From Octopus sinensis (lineage: Eukaryota): a stretch of 64,000 nucleotides of DNA. The first letter of the stretch is position 1. Every line of letters starts with the position of its first letter. Both the position numbers and the translations under genes were made by a program. Positions 10,108-22,935 of the stretch are shown here, one piece after another. Location: assembly GCF_006345805.1 (NCBI RefSeq), contig NC_043002.1, positions 54,994,001 through 55,058,000 on the forward strand, read 5' to 3'. A model generated the notes under the pieces. That model made no database searches and had not been told where the DNA came from. It saw only the letters and a list, made by a program, of their open reading frames with translations.

Positions 10108-10705
10108 GGGTCTTTCTATCTGCCCTCAACGGTTAGCCACAATTGAGGGTTAGAATTATAATTTTAAACATCGCTGCCGACATTTTATCACGCATTTATT
10201 CACACACACACCTTCCCCTCATTCTCCACAACCCTCTGATATTTCCCCCTTCCTTTGTAATTGTCACTTCTCACCATCTTCCATCTTTTTACCTCTCTCT
10301 TTTTTATCTTCTTCCTCGCTTCGTTTTTCCTCATCATTATTCGCTCTCCTTCGTCATCATTTTCTCCTCCTCCTCGCCATCACTCAATACTTTTTGTTTT
10401 TGTTGCTACTTTCTCCATCCTCTCCTCATCCTACCTCCTTCCTGTATCATTGTATTTGTCTCTCCTCCTCCCTTCCTATTATACTACTCGCTAAACCTTC
10501 ATCCTCCTCCTCCTTACTGTGCTACTTCTTAAGTCACTCTCCTCCCACCTCTCCCGCTACTATTTACCTGAAATTCCTTTTGTTTTTACATTTTTCTCTT
10601 CCAATATATTTCATTGTTGACTTTTTTTTAATGATGGGAACAATTTGTTGCTGTTAGGATGTGGGGCGGTGTCTTATATAATCATGCCTTCTCTTTCCTT
10701 CTCTT

Positions 10706-10772
<67 letters not shown>

Positions 10773-11214
10773 GGTAGATATATATATATATATATATATA
10801 TTATATGCACACATACATATATAACACATAAACACGTGTATATGTATATTCATGCGTGCGTGTGTGTATGTGTATATATGAATATATATATATATATATT
10901 CACCTGTGTTCTCTCTCTCGCGTGCGCACGCGTGATAAGAGATGGAAAGCAAAAAACAGGGAAAAGAAATGGGTGAGGGACAAGAATATAAACAAAAAAC
11001 AAAGAGAAAAGTAAAAAAAGCCCCCCCCCCCAAAAAAAAAACTGAATAATATTGGCGATGACATGGGAAGGTGGAAGAACTGTCCCTGTACAAAGTTCAT
11101 TTGTCGATCTGAGGTGGTGGGAGTAGGGAGAGAGAGAGAGAAAGCATGAGAAAATAGTGGTCATCTGAAAATAGAACAGTTTTGTTCACATTCCTTCATC
11201 CGGTTCTTGCTTGT

Positions 11215-11560
11215 GGAATGACGTGGCGATGGTGATGGCGATGATGGTGGTGGTGGTGGTAGTGATGGTGATTGTAGCAGTGACAATAATGGTGGATATG
11301 ATGATGATGATGATGATGACAGTGGTGACAGTAGAAAAATGAAGATGGTGATGACGGTGGTGATGATGATGATGATGATGATAACAGTGGAGGTGGTGGT
11401 GATGACTGTGATAGTGGCGGCGATGGTGAGACGGTGGCGGTTATGAGATAACGCTGGTGGATGTGATGAAGGTGTCCATGGCTTGTGATGATGATGATGA
11501 TGATGATGATGGCGGCGGTGGTGATGCGGATGGCGGCAGCGGCGTTTGTGATGCTGATTA
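11215..11560. repeat. Degenerate (GAT/GGT)n low-complexity tract
   Basis: Directly visible. Confidence 0.85.
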
Positions 11561-12339
11561 TTTTATTTATTTATTCATCTTATTTATACATTCTTAAAAG
11601 GTGAGTAAAAACAGTGGGAAAATATCTTTCTTTCTTTAAATCTCTCTCTCTCCTCTACACAGATGTGCTGCCTCCCCCCCTCTCTCTCTCATTATTCGAA
11701 CTTTTCTCTTGTTTTTCTTTTGAAAAACATTCTTTAAAACGACCACATTTCAGTGAATATAATTCAAATACATTTTCAACTTGTTCCTGATGACGAATAA
11801 CGCAAAACGAAGAGAGAGAGAGAGAAAAAGAGAGCAGTGAAAGCGAGAGCTTCATTTGCGCCGGACATTAAATACATACTGGAATGGTGATGCAAACAGA
11901 AAAAATCGAACTCAAAATATGACTAAATTTTTATTAATATGCAGCAGAAGTGCCAACGCACGATAACTCGGAGTCACTTTGTTGCTTCTGCCAAATATTA
12001 ATAGAAATATATATATGGGTATTTCTACCTCCCTCTCTCCTTCACTCTCTGTATCTCTGTCTCTCCCTTTTTCTCACAGACATTCATGCATAAATATGCA
12101 TCTCTCACTCTCTCGCCTCTTCCTCCTCCTCGCCCCCTTCTGATCTCTCGGTTGTAAAAGTTTGTCACCATCTCCCCCTCTCTACCTCTTTATAATTTCA
12201 ATTTTAATGTGTGTGTGTGTGCTTTTCTTTGACCACGTACCATCTAGAATTACTCTTGTGTACGGTTGTACTTTTGAAATAGTTATCTGCATCTCTGTAT
12301 TAATGTGAATCTATAGCTTTTTTTCCTGTCTCCCTTTAT

Positions 12340-12384
12340 CCATCCATCTATCTACCTATATTTCTCCCTACCAACCTACCTACA

Positions 12385-12466
<82 letters not shown>

Positions 12467-12900
12467 CCTACATAACTATCTACCTATCTTTCTGTCTGTC
12501 TGTCTATCTACCTATCTATCTAATCTTTTCTTTTCGGCTGCACTTTTCAATCATGCAGTATACTGTTCCGTGAATAGAAAAGAAAAAGTAATCCATCTGA
12601 TGAAATGAAAACAGTACATATATTTTTATTGTCTATCTATCTATCCATCTTCCTACCTACCTACCTACCCACCCATCCACCTACCTACCTACCCACCAAT
12701 CTACCTACCTACCTACCTACCTACCCATCTATCTACCTACCTACGTATCTACCTATCTTTCTGTCTGTCTATCTACCTATCTATCTAATCTTTTCTTTTC
12801 TTTTCGGCTGCACTTTTCAATTATGCAGTATACTGTTCTGTGAATAGAAAAAAAAATAATAATCCATCTGATGAAATGAAAACAGTACATATATTTTTAT
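12340..12900. repeat. (TATC/TACC)n arrays with a ~270-bp tandem duplication of the adjacent unique block
   Basis: CTAATCTTTTC...CGGCTGCACTTTTCAAT...CAGTACATATATTTTTATT at ~12520-12630 and ~12785-12900. Confidence 0.9.
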
Positions 12901-12984
12901 TAGTTACTAATAGTTTCATGCGATGAAAACGACTCAGGCAGCATTTTATAATACGCATGGTGTCTTCACGCAATCTTCAGACTA
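12901..12984 (-). ncRNA. Type-I hammerhead ribozyme motif with long stem II
   Basis: Minus strand: TAGT-CTGAAGA-TTGCGTGAAGAC...GTTTTCATCGCAT-GAAA-CTATTAG-TA|ACTA. 4-bp stem I, near-palindromic stem III, U.U mismatch at the base of stem II. Confidence 0.6.
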
Positions 12985-12993
12985 TATATATTT

Positions 12994-13641
12994 TCTCTTT
13001 TACACGTTTCAGTCATTTGACTGCAGCCATGCTGGAGCACCGCCTTTAGTCGAAGAAATCAATTCCAGGACTTATTTTTTGTAAGCCTAGTACTTATTCT
13101 ATCGGTGTCTTTTGCCGAATCGCTAAGTTTCGAGGACATAAACACATCAATGGTCGGTCCGACGCCTTGCTCAAAGTGCCACGCAGTGGGACTGAACCCA
13201 TGTGATTGGGAAGCACGCTTCTTACCACACAACCACATCTGCGTCTATATATATATATACTTTTATTCCTTTGTTTCAGTCATTTGACTGCGGCCATGCT
13301 GGAGCACCGCCTCTAGTACAGCAAATCGACACCAGGACTTATTCTTTGTAAGCCTAGTACTTATTCTATCGGTCTCTTTTGCCGAACTGCTAAGTTACAG
13401 AGACGTAAACACACCAGCATCAGTTGTGAAGCGATGTTGGAAGGACAAACACACACATACATACACAAATAATATACGATGGGCTTCTTTCAGTTTCCGT
13501 CTACCAAATCTACTCCCAAGGCTTTGGTCAGCCCCGTGGCTATAGTAGAAGACACTTGCCCAAGATGCCACGCAGTGGGACTGAACCCCGGACTATGTGG
13601 TTGGAAAGCAAGCTACTTACCACACAGCCATACCTGCACCT
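12994..13641 (-). mobile_element. Two adjacent CORE-type SINEs (family A): deleted copy 12994-13246 and near full-length copy 13261-13641
   Basis: Reverse complement of the family A head, CORE and tail; CpGs largely intact. Confidence 0.9.
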
Positions 13642-14559
13642 AGAACCAACCCTCAGCCATATCTCCGTGTCTACAGTAAACTACGAGTTCGCACAGCTTT
13701 CCCTTAAGTTCTTATGTTGTGGTTCGTAGCCATTTCTGGCGTCCTACGTGTCGATGTACCGAGATTCTAATGAATCCTACATCTGTGTGTGTGTGTGTGT
13801 TGTGTGTGTGTGTGTGTGTGTGTTTATAACTGTCAATGGACTGTTTTTTCTATGCATGTAAACGTATCTTCGTGATGTGGGAGAGAGAGAGAGAGAGAGG
13901 GGGGTGGCGGTGGTGGTGTATGATGGGGTAAGAAAATAAAGCTGGGATTTCGACTGTCACCTACCTGTTGCCATGCCAACAACAACAGCAGCAGCAGCCG
14001 ACAAGTGGACAGTTTATCAGGTGCGTATTGTGAGGCTGGTGACATCCCACCAGCATCACCGTCACCAGTAACATCATCATCGTCACCACCGTCGTCATCA
14101 TCATCAGCAGCAGCGACAGCATTATCGTCGCCCATCTCCCCGCCATCATCATCATTATGTTGTTTTTCTCATCAACATCCACCATCACCACCACCACCAC
14201 TGCCACTAGCATCACCATTAATGTCCCCCTCCACCTCGTTGTCATCGTCATCATCATCGTCATCCTATGATTATTCTCCTCACCACCTTCAACACCAGTA
14301 CCAATGTTTCCTCACCTCTTCATCCTCCTCACCAATACCATTACCACCACCATCAACTACAACAGCACAAAACGTTATTGTTGTCGTCATCATCGTCATT
14401 AGCTTCCATCATTACCAACATTATTAAACTGCAGCAATTCAGCCAAAATTCCACGTTAATTATTACGACCACGATAACGATGACGACCATTATTATTTGT
14501 CATTGTTATTATTATTCGGGGATGGAGAGCCAGGGATTGGTGTGAGAACGAAAGATGTT

Positions 14560-14880
14560 AAGCTGGAGGGACGATAGAGAGGGAGAGAGAAGGGGAAGGA
14601 AGCTGAAGGATGATAGAGAGAGATAGAGAGGAGGAGGAGGCGGCTGAGGGATGATAGAGAGAAAGGGGGGAGACTGAAGGACGATAAAGCTAAGGCAGGA
14701 TAGAGAGAGGGGGAGGCTGAATGATGAGAGAGATAAAGAGGGAGGGGGAAGCTGAAGAATGATAGAGAGAGAGGGAAGTTGAAAGATGATAGAGAGAGAG
14801 CGGGAAGCTGAAGGATGATAGAGAGAGAGAGAGAGAGAGTGGGAGGAAGCTGAAAGATGGTAAAGAGAGAGAGAGAGAGG
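14560..14880. repeat. Purine-rich minisatellite (GAAGCTGAAGGATGATAGAGAGA-like unit)
   Basis: About 10 degenerate units. Confidence 0.85.
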
Positions 14881-15127
14881 TGGGAGGCAGTACATAGTTT
14901 CATCCCTCCTCTTCATCCATTCTTGTCAGTCTGATGTCGTCGTAGTCACCGCCGCCATCCAAACTCTTAGATTTTTTTATCCGTTTTTTTTTTCACTTTC
15001 TTTTTACTTGTTATTCATTATTCATTATAATCACAAACGAGTCGTTATTATTCTTTCATAGTGCCACGTCTGTAACATAAACATACGTTTATTATATATA
15101 CATATGTAGACATACATATACATCCAC

Positions 15128-15158
<31 letters not shown>

Positions 15159-17404
15159 ATATATGTGTGTGTGTACACATACATAAATACACACACACAC
15201 GAGTTTCTTTCAACGGGTATATATATATATATAATATATATATATATGACGAGGCGGATTCCTTTGGGTTGCTTTTTTTAAACAACCCGTTTGTTTCTTG
15301 TTAGACTCGACAAAAACTATATACATCAACTGAAAAAAAAAAAGGGAAAAAAAAAAGAAGCTAAACTCGATAACAATAACAAGAACATCACAACACACAC
15401 CCAGCTCAGTATTCTTTGGCTCCGTGACCTCCTCTGATGACTGTTCGTGACGCAGGTAATAATAATAATAATTACTATATAATACTACTGCTAATAATAA
15501 TAATAATAATGTTATTGACCATGACAACGATGATGATGATGATAGTAATTGTGTCTTTTCTATAAAAAGAACAACATTCATCTTTCTTTTTTTTTTCCTG
15601 AATAAGAAAGTCTTTTTTTTTTTGTATAAAATGTTTATTTATTGTCTTTGAAGGTATATTTTCGTCTTTAGCTTTGCTTTCTCGTCTCTTCAGCTTTTTA
15701 TTTCAAGTGTGTGTGTGTGTGTTTGTCTTTGATGTCTGAATTTGTGTGTGTGTATTAATGTTTGTTTATGTTCTTTGTTATACTAAAAACAGTTTTACAT
15801 CATACACCATCGTCCGACAACGGCTTAATTGGCCGAAACTTCCAAGTTACTATCATATATATGTATATTTAAGAATAATATGAACATAAATATGTGTGTG
15901 TATGTGTGTGTATTAATGTGATTATTAAGGAAAGCCTGCGAAAGCTATGGGCACTGCCCCCTTTTTGCAGGCCTAGTAAGAAATGGACACACACACACGA
16001 TTATATCTATATCTAGCTGTCTGTCTCTTCATCTCTGTCTCCCTCTCTCATTCATTCTTTTTTTCTCTCCATCTTTCTGATCTACCTCTCTCTCTCTCTC
16101 AACATCTCTCTGCCTTTCCATGTCTTTCTTCCTCCTCATCGATTATTTACAATCTCACTCTCTTACTATCAATATCTTCTTTCACCGGTATGTAACCTTC
16201 TCTCCTTGCCCCTCTCTCTCTCTCTTTCTCTCTCTCACACACACACACATACACACACACACACACACACACATACACACACACATACATATTGCAGTGT
16301 ACATTTTCCTCTTTCTTCCATCATCTCCCTCATCTCCCATTCTCTCTTCTTTATTTCCCCGTCCTCTCTCTCTCTCTCTCTCTCTCTGCATCACCATTTG
16401 GGACATCGTTTGTCCTTTTCTTTCTTTTATAATTATTTGTTCCGTTTGTTTGGTCAATGCTAAGCCCCACGGCGGTAGGGGTGTGGAGTGGAGGCTGAGG
16501 AGAGGGATAACGATTACATTGATCACAATAAAACGTTTATAACAGCATACCCCCCACCCCCACCACCTTCGCCTCCTCCACCATCTCCGTTGATGGTTGT
16601 TTTGGTTTTGGGATGAAGTGAGTTCGGTGTGCCTTGAGCGTCGAGTTTCATCAAAAGCGTTTGTATTTTTCCTTCATTTCTGTACGTGTCGAAGAATGTG
16701 TGTGTGTGCGTGCTTGAGTACATAAGCCTGTACAAAATACACTTCAATCCAAACACGCTCACTGTGTACGTATTTATACACACGTCTTCTCTGTCAAGCT
16801 GTGTGTGTGTGTTGGCTTCCCAAACCACATGGCTCTGAGTTCAGTTCCATTGCGTAGCACCTTGGGCTGAGTGCTTCGTTTTGCTCTCAACAAATAGAGT
16901 ATGGTTCCAGGGGTGTGAAAAGGTAGAATAGACCAATATAAGCCCAAAAGCTGAAAAATCTTACCTGGAAAGACTAAAAGATAATGGCGGAAATGTAAGA
17001 AGCAATGTGGGGAGAGAGTGGCGCTAAAGGAGAAGTTAGATGTCAGGTGTACTCTCTCCTCTCTCTCTCTCTCTCTCTTTTACTCCATGCTTTCTACTAA
17101 ATGTGTCTCTATTATCAATCTGTCTCTCTTCCATCTTACTGGCAGTGTTATGAGGGATGGAATTACATTGGATCTGTCTAAATTCAACTCTTCCTCACCT
17201 TCACTTTTCTTTCCCTAATCATCACCATGTCTTTCTGCAAGTAATCTCTCTCTCTCTCTCTCTCCCTCCCTCCCTAACTTTTCCTGCTGGTGATCTTTCG
17301 GAGAAAGTATGTCAAAACTGAAAGTATTTGTTCAGCAATTTCCTTAAATTTTGTTTTTCAGCTGGATCGCTAATGTTTATGTATTTTTTGTGTATGTATG
17401 GATG

Positions 17405-17443
<39 letters not shown>

Positions 17444-18661
17444 CATGCACATAAACACATACTTATATTTACATTCACAGATTAACACACATAAACACTT
17501 ATATACTAAAAAATAAATAAACATAAGCGATTCAACTAAAAAAAGAAATTAAACAAAACTTTTTTATGAAAATTGCCAAACAATTACTTCTAGTTTTGGT
17601 ATACGTTCTCTGAAAGATCACCTTCCTGTCCTCATAGTTTCTTATTGAGATCCATCATTCTCACTTTCATTCCATCATCCATTGCTATTGCTATCCATCA
17701 CCCTTGCTCACATTCAATCCTCATTTATCACTCATTGTTGTCAGTCATCACTCATTTATCTCCTCACTCCCACTTCTAGTGACTACTCTTCCTTCTATCA
17801 CTCGCACTTCTTCCCAGCATGCCACTCCAGCTGTTTCTATCCAATCTCCTTACCAACAATCCTCATATAGCTGCTGCCTGTCACTGTCACTCTTTACCCT
17901 CTCCCCCGTCACCCTCTCACTCCTCTCACTTTGGTTTTTCTATCTTATTCTCTATCACCTACTTGCCTTCTCTTTGCTCTCTCTTCAGTCTATCCTATCT
18001 CCATACCAACCACTATCATGTAGCTCTCTGTCACACCCTCACTCTATTCCAATACTCTCTCCATTGCCTGTCACTCTCTTTCCTCTCACTTCTTACTCTT
18101 CCATCTCCCTCACCCTGGCCGCCTTCTTACACTGTTACTGGAAAAGAAAGGTGAATTGTTTACAGCAACACGGAAAAGAAACCACCTGACTAGTGTTGCT
18201 AACGATGACACATGACACTAATTTCGGTGAAAAAACAGAGAGAACTATTTTAGTTCTTGACTATTTTAGTCTTGGGAGGAACAAGATAATTTCTCAAGGG
18301 CTGGGGCCATTATGAAATGTTTCTGGTTTATCTTTAAGGGATTGGTGAATGATTAGAGACAGTGTAGTATAGAAAAGGCCCCAAAGTGCTTTTGGGAATG
18401 AGACAACCTCACTAGTGCTTGCATCACAATAAAATACATTCAGCAAAGTGGACAGCATCTAGCTGGAGAAATCATTCTAAAAATTGAATGTATAAACAAG
18501 AGATATGTATGTATATATACACAGAAGGAGTATATATAAGAGTTTACAAAGAATTCGAGATGAACCAACCTGTCTTTCTGGCATTTTTTGTCTTCAAAAA
18601 TGTCAGAAAGACAGGTTGGTTCCTCTCAAATTCTTTTTAAACTTTTAAATATATCTCCTTC

Positions 18662-18699
<38 letters not shown>

Positions 18700-18707
<8 letters not shown>

Positions 18708-19165
18708 TTAGAGATAAAACCACTATTAGGCAAATCATACAATGAAAAACTTAAGCCAATACATAAGATTATTTAATTTATATTATTTAAATATATAACA
18801 AAATTATTAAAAAAATATAATTAATATAACACTACGATCGTTTCATGGCTGTTAATTTCTTTAAATTTTCGATGTTAGTCATTCATCAGGTGGTTTAACT
18901 ATTTAACTTTAACTTGGCGAGGTTTAATCAATGTTCATTGATTAAACCTCGCCAAGTTAAATATTTAAACCACCTGATGAATGACTGTAACTCGAAAATT
19001 TTAAGAAATTAACAGCCTTGAAACGATCGTAGTGTTATATTAATTATATTTTTTTAATAATTTTGTTATATATTTAAATAATATAAATTAAATAATCTTA
19101 TGTATTGGCTTAAGTTTTTCATTGTATGATTTGCCTAATAGTGGTTTTATCTCTAATTTAATATA
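18700..19165. mobile_element. Long palindrome (~230-bp arms, 2-nt loop at 18934-18935) of a Penelope-like-derived repeat
   Basis: Centre AACTTGGCGAGGTTTAATCAATG-TT-CATTGATTAAACCTCGCCAAGTT; arms highly similar; outer parts match 6120-6200. Confidence 0.85.
18971..19036 (+). ncRNA. Degenerate type-I hammerhead (mirror copy at 18828-18893 on the minus strand)
   Basis: CAC-CTGATGA-ATGACTG...CAGCCTT-GAAA-CGATCG-TA|GTG; palindromic stem III ACGATCGT; stem II 5/7 paired. Confidence 0.55.
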
Positions 19166-20129
19166 ATATAATATTTTACTATAAAATTGGATTCAATCCT
19201 AAATCTGATTTTTCCCTGTAAGTTTGGATTTATTCCCTAATATTTATTATTATTATTATATATATATATATACTACCAAACAAATATGATTTTTATTGAA
19301 CTCCTAATACTTTTTGTTGAATATTTTCTTAAATACTTTCTTGTAAACTGTTTTTAACATTTTCTTATTATTATCAAAAAATGTATGTATGTATTTTAAT
19401 ACTTTTGTGACAACCAGTACTTAACACAACAAAGCTTTTACATTTTACTTTTGACAATCTTTTTTCTAAAAAAAGTGAAACTGGTCAAGTGAATAAACAT
19501 CTTTAAAATTGCATTTTCAAACCTTCTTTCATATATTATTATTATTATTATGCATCCTTCAAAAGAAAAATGATAACCTAAGTTCTATAAGCTCATAATA
19601 ATCCTGAAGAAGCCCTACCCCATAATAGTTTAGAATATGATACCTTTCTTAGCATTTAACCAAATTTATAATTTCTGATCAACTCGATGTTAATACTGAA
19701 ACATATATGTAGGTTCTTTTCTTTATTCTTTTTCAAGCTTTACAACTTGTAATCAATTGATTTGTTCTGTTATATTTTCTAAAAGAAACTTTCATCATTT
19801 TATAACATGCAAGTAAATTATTCATACATCCATTTTTTTCTCCATTTTCGTTTTCTTCAATATTGATAATGTTTAATTTTAATAATCTCTAACATATACC
19901 AGTGACTTTTACATTATATGATGGAAATTAACCAGTGGAATATCTTGGATTGTATAATCTCTAAGGAGGATATAACTTCCTTGAATTAACTGTATGTATG
20001 TATGTACTTTCATCCTTTCAAGGTCAATGAAATAAGTACCAGTTACGCACAGGGGTCGATGAAATCAATTACCCTGCTTCCCTAAATTTCAGGCCTTGTG
20101 CCTATAGTAGAAAGGATTCTTATTATTAA

Positions 20130-20600
20130 GTGGGAGAGCAGTGCATGCCATCAAAGTGACACTGGGCTACAAATGTGGAAAGCCCAGTAGACCCATCATG
20201 ACTACCTGTCTGATAAGGGTATGCCAGACACATGCATCACAACCATATGTGTGCAACATGGTAATTTCATATCAAGATTAACAATGCATGACCTTGCAGG
20301 GAGAGCCCAGTCAGAATTTTCTTCAGGTTGAGTTCAGGTTGAGTAGCCCATCCTACTCAAAAGGTTGCTGAATAAGGGTTGTTTAAGGGTGATGAACGAA
20401 ACACCTAAGTTTCCAGAAGTAAATTATTCAAACCCCAAAGAATTCCTCTCAACACATGGCTATGATGCTCCTCCACTACTTCTGTTCATGGTCAGAAATG
20501 CACATATTGTCAGCCACCAAGGGACATGCTCAACTGGTTCAGGTCAAACAACTGACAAGCAAATCTGTGGTATTGAGCAGAATATTTACTGTAGCCCATC
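20130..20600. mobile_element. Interspersed repeat family F, CpG-decayed copy
   Basis: Colinear with 2680-3090. Confidence 0.8.
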
Positions 20601-22749
20601 TTTTATACCAAACAATTATTATCACTATCATTATCATTATTATTAATATTATCATTACTATTATTAATCATTATTATTGTCTATTATCATCTCATTATCC
20701 CTGTTACTGCTGCATTATTATACAAGAGCATCTGTCGTTATTAAGGATGGAGTTGTTAATGATGTTGTACTGGAGAATAATTGCCATGGTAGCACTGATA
20801 ATGATGGTGGTGGTGGTTGGAGTAATTGATAGTCGTGGTAATGGTCGTGATGCTGGGACTGTGCTGTGATGAAAATTAACTCTTCTTTTCTCTTTCTTTC
20901 TAGTATGGAGGATGTTTGTTTTGATTCAGTTCATGGTGTTGATGTTGATGATGATAGTTGTTGTTGAAAATGAGTTCTCACATATTAGCACAAGGTCACA
21001 CAAATTTGCAGTGGGGGAAGGAAGGAGGGTGGTGGTGACAACAGGAGTGCATATGATTTGAACTCTCCTCCCCACCCAGTGCATGACTTGTTTTATTGTT
21101 CCTGCAAAGATGGAAATTGCATCACTGATCCCAATTTGAACACAAGTTGCAAGTATAATGAAAACCACTGGTTTTTATTTGTACATCGTTGTCATTGTCA
21201 TCATTTAATGTCCATGTCTCATGCTGGCTTTGAGCTGGAACAGGTTGACAAGATCCAATGGAGCTGAGGACTGCATTGTGCTCCACTGTCTGTTTTGTCA
21301 CAGTTTCTATGACTGGATGCCCTTCCTAATGCCAACCACTATAGGGAGTGTGCTGGCTGCCTTACCCTTGTCTTGACGTCAAATGATGGTTGTAAATGAG
21401 CATCACTGTAATACAAACGAGGTTGTTTATTTCCATGGGAAAACAGGTGAGGGTTGGCTACAGTAAAGACATCCAGCTGTAGAAAATCTGCTTCTGTCTG
21501 TCCTGTACAAGTGGGAGTGGGGTGGGTGGATGAGAAACAATGGTGGTGAGGATGGTGAAGATGATGGATGTTGTTTCTATTTCAGTTGCACATCTTTAAA
21601 AGTCCACTTAAATATTATTCCTTTTTTCCTGGGGCCACATAAAAAGCACCCCAGTACAGTCTGTAATTAGGTTGGCATTAGGAAGAGCGTCTTGCCATAG
21701 AAACCCATCCAAAACAAGCAGCAGGACCCTTTATGGCTCTCTGGCTTGCTAGCTCCTGCCAGACTCGGCAATCCATGCCAGCATGGAAGCCAGAAATCAA
21801 GCGATGATGATGATGTCAACGTTGATGATGATTCTATGTGGCCTTCTCAAGAATCTTCAGGAAGATACCAGATTAGTTTGGTTTTGGGTCAGGCAAAACA
21901 TCTCACTTTTCAGCATCAGAGCTCATGTCAACACACACACACATGCACATACACACACACACATGCATGCACACACACGCACACACACACACTCTCTCAC
22001 ATTGTTCAACTCCCCTGTGAGCTTCTTTATCCTTGTAAAACTTTATCATTTATTGTAATCTAGTAATGATGAGACGATTCAGCTGCTGCCATCAAGCTTC
22101 ACTAGTGTGTGTGGATGGGGGAGAGAGAGGTGGGTGTGTGTGAAAGACTGGCATGGCATCACCAACAATTGGTAAGGCTATGAACCAATGACATACACCT
22201 CCACATGGTCATTTCACTTACTAGAAATAACAGCCAAATTGCCTTCAAATCACATCCTAACCGGCTTAAATAAGAAAGATACACCGGATAATGTATATAA
22301 ATCGTCATAGAATACTGTGCGGGGGACTGAACCCAGAACCATGTGGTTGAGAAGCAAACTTCTTACCACACAACCACACAGGCACCTATACAAACATCTA
22401 TTCATCCATCCATTCACCCACCCACAAACTCACTTGTCTAACAAAATAGTTGTAATTGGATTGGCTCATTCAATGCATGCATAGGCTTGTATTAGTGGTG
22501 GTGGTCGTTTATATGTGTGTGATGCCAGTTTTGTTTTTAAATATCTTCTTTGCTCTTCCTCATCTCTCCAGAGTTGTTTAATGTTTTTTGGGGAGGAGTG
22601 GAGCACAGTGGTACATTTCACAATAACCCATCAAATTCATTCCATACGTTCCTTTCAAGCGACAATGACCGAGACCTTTGGCAGTATGTCATGCTTGAGA
22701 AGAAGACCCATCAAGCTAAGTAAAAATGCAGTCACAGCAGATACTGGTG

Positions 22750-22935
22750 GCATGCAAATGGCACGTAAAAGCACCCATTACACTCTTGGAGTGGTTGGTG
22801 TTAGGAAGGGCATCCAGCCGTAGAAACCATGCCAAATCAGAATGGTGCAGCCTTCCAACTTACCAGCCCTGGTCAAACCAACCAACCCATGCCAACATGG
22901 ACAATGGATATTAAATGATGATGATGACGATGACA
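22750..22935 (+). mobile_element. SINE-like family C (GGCATCCAGCCGTAGAAAC core, (GAT)n tail)
   Basis: TGGCACGTAAAAGCACC...TTAGGAAGGGCATCCAGC...CAACCCATGCCAACATGGA...GATGATG. Other copies near 21200(-), 21640, 24240(-), 29170(-), 31170, 34340, 36460, 38130, 53860(-) and 56865(-). + is defined as the strand ending in (GAT)n. Confidence 0.85.

Noticed and set aside
12595-12620. CTGATGA-AAT-GAAA (also at ~12868)
   Set aside because: No room for stem II and no stem I pairing.
19560-19980. AT-rich minus-strand frame faintly like a Penelope ORF segment (YNPRYS...RLLKL)
   Set aside because: Multiple stops and too little similarity to support.
20904-20990. Strong pyrimidine tract + AG at 20881-20903
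   Set aside because: Downstream frames are low-complexity or quickly stop; no convincing donor.
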